Source: Novakomyces olei
Taxonomy: Eukaryota
DNA length: 64,000 nt
Direction: 5' to 3'
NCBI GenBank assembly: GCA_016906335.1
Contig: JADEYG010000001.1
Location: forward strand, 1,426,001-1,490,000
Shown here: piece after piece, positions 62,064 through 64,000 of the stretch
Layout of the letters: each line of letters starts with the position of its first letter
How positions within the stretch are numbered: the first letter of the stretch is position 1
Position numbers and translations under genes: made by a program
The notes under the pieces: model-generated
Database searches by the model: none
What the model saw: the letters and a program-made list of their open reading frames with translations, nothing else
What the model was told of the DNA's origin: nothing

Positions 62064-62184
62064 AATTTTTTGTTTATACCTGAACACTTTTAGATGTTTA
62101 TATTATGCTAAATTCCACAAATATGCTACAAATGCACCATGCCAAATAGTACGCCTTGAAGTAATGCAATTCGAGTCACAATGC

Positions 62185-62889
62185 TTAGGCAGAAGAAACT
62201 TTCCTGCGTGGCACGGCAAACGAAAAGCAGCATGAGCAAACTGTTACAAAAAGGCAGTAGAACCAAGCAATGGCGAGTATACAGACTGCCGTCCATAAAA
62301 GCCCGTAATCTTGACGGCCATCGACAGCACTAACGCCGCTTATTTGCGCCTTGTTGATTTTTGAGCGGACCGACTGGTAAACAAAAGTCATTGTTGCAGC
62401 ACCAGAAAGCGTTGTAGCAGCACTGAGAAACGCGAAAAAATTAATAAAGCAATCAGTAAGCGAAAAGAAGCAAGACAAGACACTGAAGACAAAGCTGGCG
62501 GCGCAGAGTCCGGCACCAGCGATAAGTAGGCCTACGCCAGCATTGATTGCCCGCAAATTCACTATACGCGATATAAAGTCTTGCGGAGTCCTGATGGCTT
62601 GACTCAGAATATCCTTGGCTCCAGTGACTCTGAAAATGATATCCCCAATATTGGAGCCGATGGCGTTAGGACGCGGAGGAGTGCAGACCATATTCTTCTC
62701 AGCTGCCGATCGGATGCAGTACCCCAGTATTCCAAACTGTGCTTGTCCACCGGGACCATTGATCTTTAAAAAGTAAGTATCGCGAATTGCTGTCACGCTT
62801 GATTGAACACTGGAAGCCAGGCAAAGAGCTTGCAGAGCAAGAGCGGCAGCAAAAGCTAAAACTGGCACAACCAAGAAAAGGGCACGCAT
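62185..62889 (-). CDS. SUR7/PalI-family (claudin-like) tetraspan membrane protein
   Basis: Four hydrophobic segments; FG..GYC........C..P extracellular motif; G....LLW.A before TM4. Confidence 0.78.
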   Translation of the reverse strand: MRALFLVVPVLAFAAALALQALCLASSVQSSVTAIRDTYFLKINGPGGQAQFGILGYCIRSAAEKNMVCTPPRPNAIGSNIGDIIFRVTGAKDILSQAIRTPQDFISRIVNLRAINAGVGLLIAGAGLCAASFVFSVLSCFFSLTDCFINFFAFLSAATTLSGAATMTFVYQSVRSKINKAQISGVSAVDGRQDYGLLWTAVCILAIAWFYCLFVTVCSCCFSFAVPRRKVSSA

Positions 62890-64000
62890 TGCACTTTTAT
62901 GGGATTTGTAATATCAATATCGATCCCAAATTTGGCCTCTGATCAAGACTCGGGAATTCGACAACGGCCAAGCCGTCCCTTAAATATACGCGTTGAGCTA
63001 CTTCCCCAGAGTGGTTGGTCCTTCCCTTTTCATCGAGCGTATATACTATTTGGGAACGCAGACAGCCTCGGAGTTCCCATGCTTTCGGTAAATTAAATTA
63101 TTTTATTTCATGTACATTTTAACATGATGTAATTATATCTTGGGCACAAGATTGCTTGTAAGTAGATAGCAGTCCGCGGGCTTGAGATTATGAGATAACG
63201 CCCCAATCAATAACTAGGATATTGAGGTTATGGAGGTCGTCGAGGCAAAGGTAGGCAAAGGTATTTCCTGCGAATATATCGCCATTTTCACACAATGCTA
63301 AATATAGGAGTTCGTTCGATCCAAAGATTAATAAATCACGCAGTATCTTGGCTCATTAGCCGTTACCAAACTGGAACGTGGGGTTCACATAACCGTTATT
63401 CATAAAGCGATTACGATAAGTTCTCTTTAACAAAACGATTGAGGAAAGGCGTCTCGTATGGTCGTGTAGCTTTGGGCCTATCGCGCTTGACGCTACAGCC
63501 AAATTAATTCTAAATAGTAACAAAGTCCTGTTTGGAAGATTTCTGAAAGCATTGTCTTACGACCCTGAAAGCTCTATTCCAAGACTCGTTGTAAATCTGA
63601 ATTAATATTGATTTTTTTGCCAAATGTCATTTCGTGTCAATATTCTGACGGCCACTTTGATTCATCCTAAGATTAATTTAACTCGCTAAACATTAAAAAA
63701 TTGAAACATAATTGAAACAAAAGGCAGATTAATCAAGGACAATGGCCAAAAAGATAATGATTCTTTGTTATAAGGCAAAGATAGACACAGATTGCCCTCC
63801 ATCATCTCTATAATCTTGTGCGCAATCAAAAATTTAAGCATGAAAATTAGATGCCAAGTATAACCCTAATCCTAATAATAACTCTTTTCACCAAAAGAGT
63901 TTTTGCCATCTGAGTTAACTCGTCCTCCCTCTGTTATATCACAAAACTAGACGATATATTCATGTGACTTATTTACGTATAATAAACTTCTCATTCATAG

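Noticed and set aside
62900-64000. 1.1-kb region without a long ORF; checked for tRNA/snRNA
   Set aside because: GTTCGA near 63315 has no cloverleaf context; treated as promoter/intergenic sequence

Overview
Compact, intron-rich fungal (ascomycete) genomic DNA. It is probably an early-diverging lineage (Taphrinomycotina-like, inferred from the S. pombe-like TERT and Top3, very short introns and short branch-to-AG distances). About 28 protein-coding genes can be assembled by eye: a secreted DUF-type protein, peroxisomal ABCD (PXA2-like), ERD1, SF3B5, IRE1, PMM/SEC53, CCT2, Par32-like, eIF3b, VMA16, a TPT-family transporter, RBM42, LCL2, MRPL15, a coiled-coil protein, MSH3, TOP3, BRX1, TAF13, RSM23, RRS1, a DH RhoGEF, TERT, ORC4, a TBC protein, a LYAR Zn-finger protein, ERV2 and a SUR7/PalI protein. 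Many promoters and introns carry long AT-rich micro/minisatellites. The most notable unannotated signal is a candidate box C/D snoRNA inside intron 1 of the telomerase reverse transcriptase gene. It has a 12-nt guide complementary to 5.8S rRNA in the register expected for Gm75 methylation. A predicted hairpin displaying telomere-template-like CTAACCCTA repeats lies just upstream of TERT. All identities come from recognised motifs, not database searches, and exon boundaries are manual predictions.
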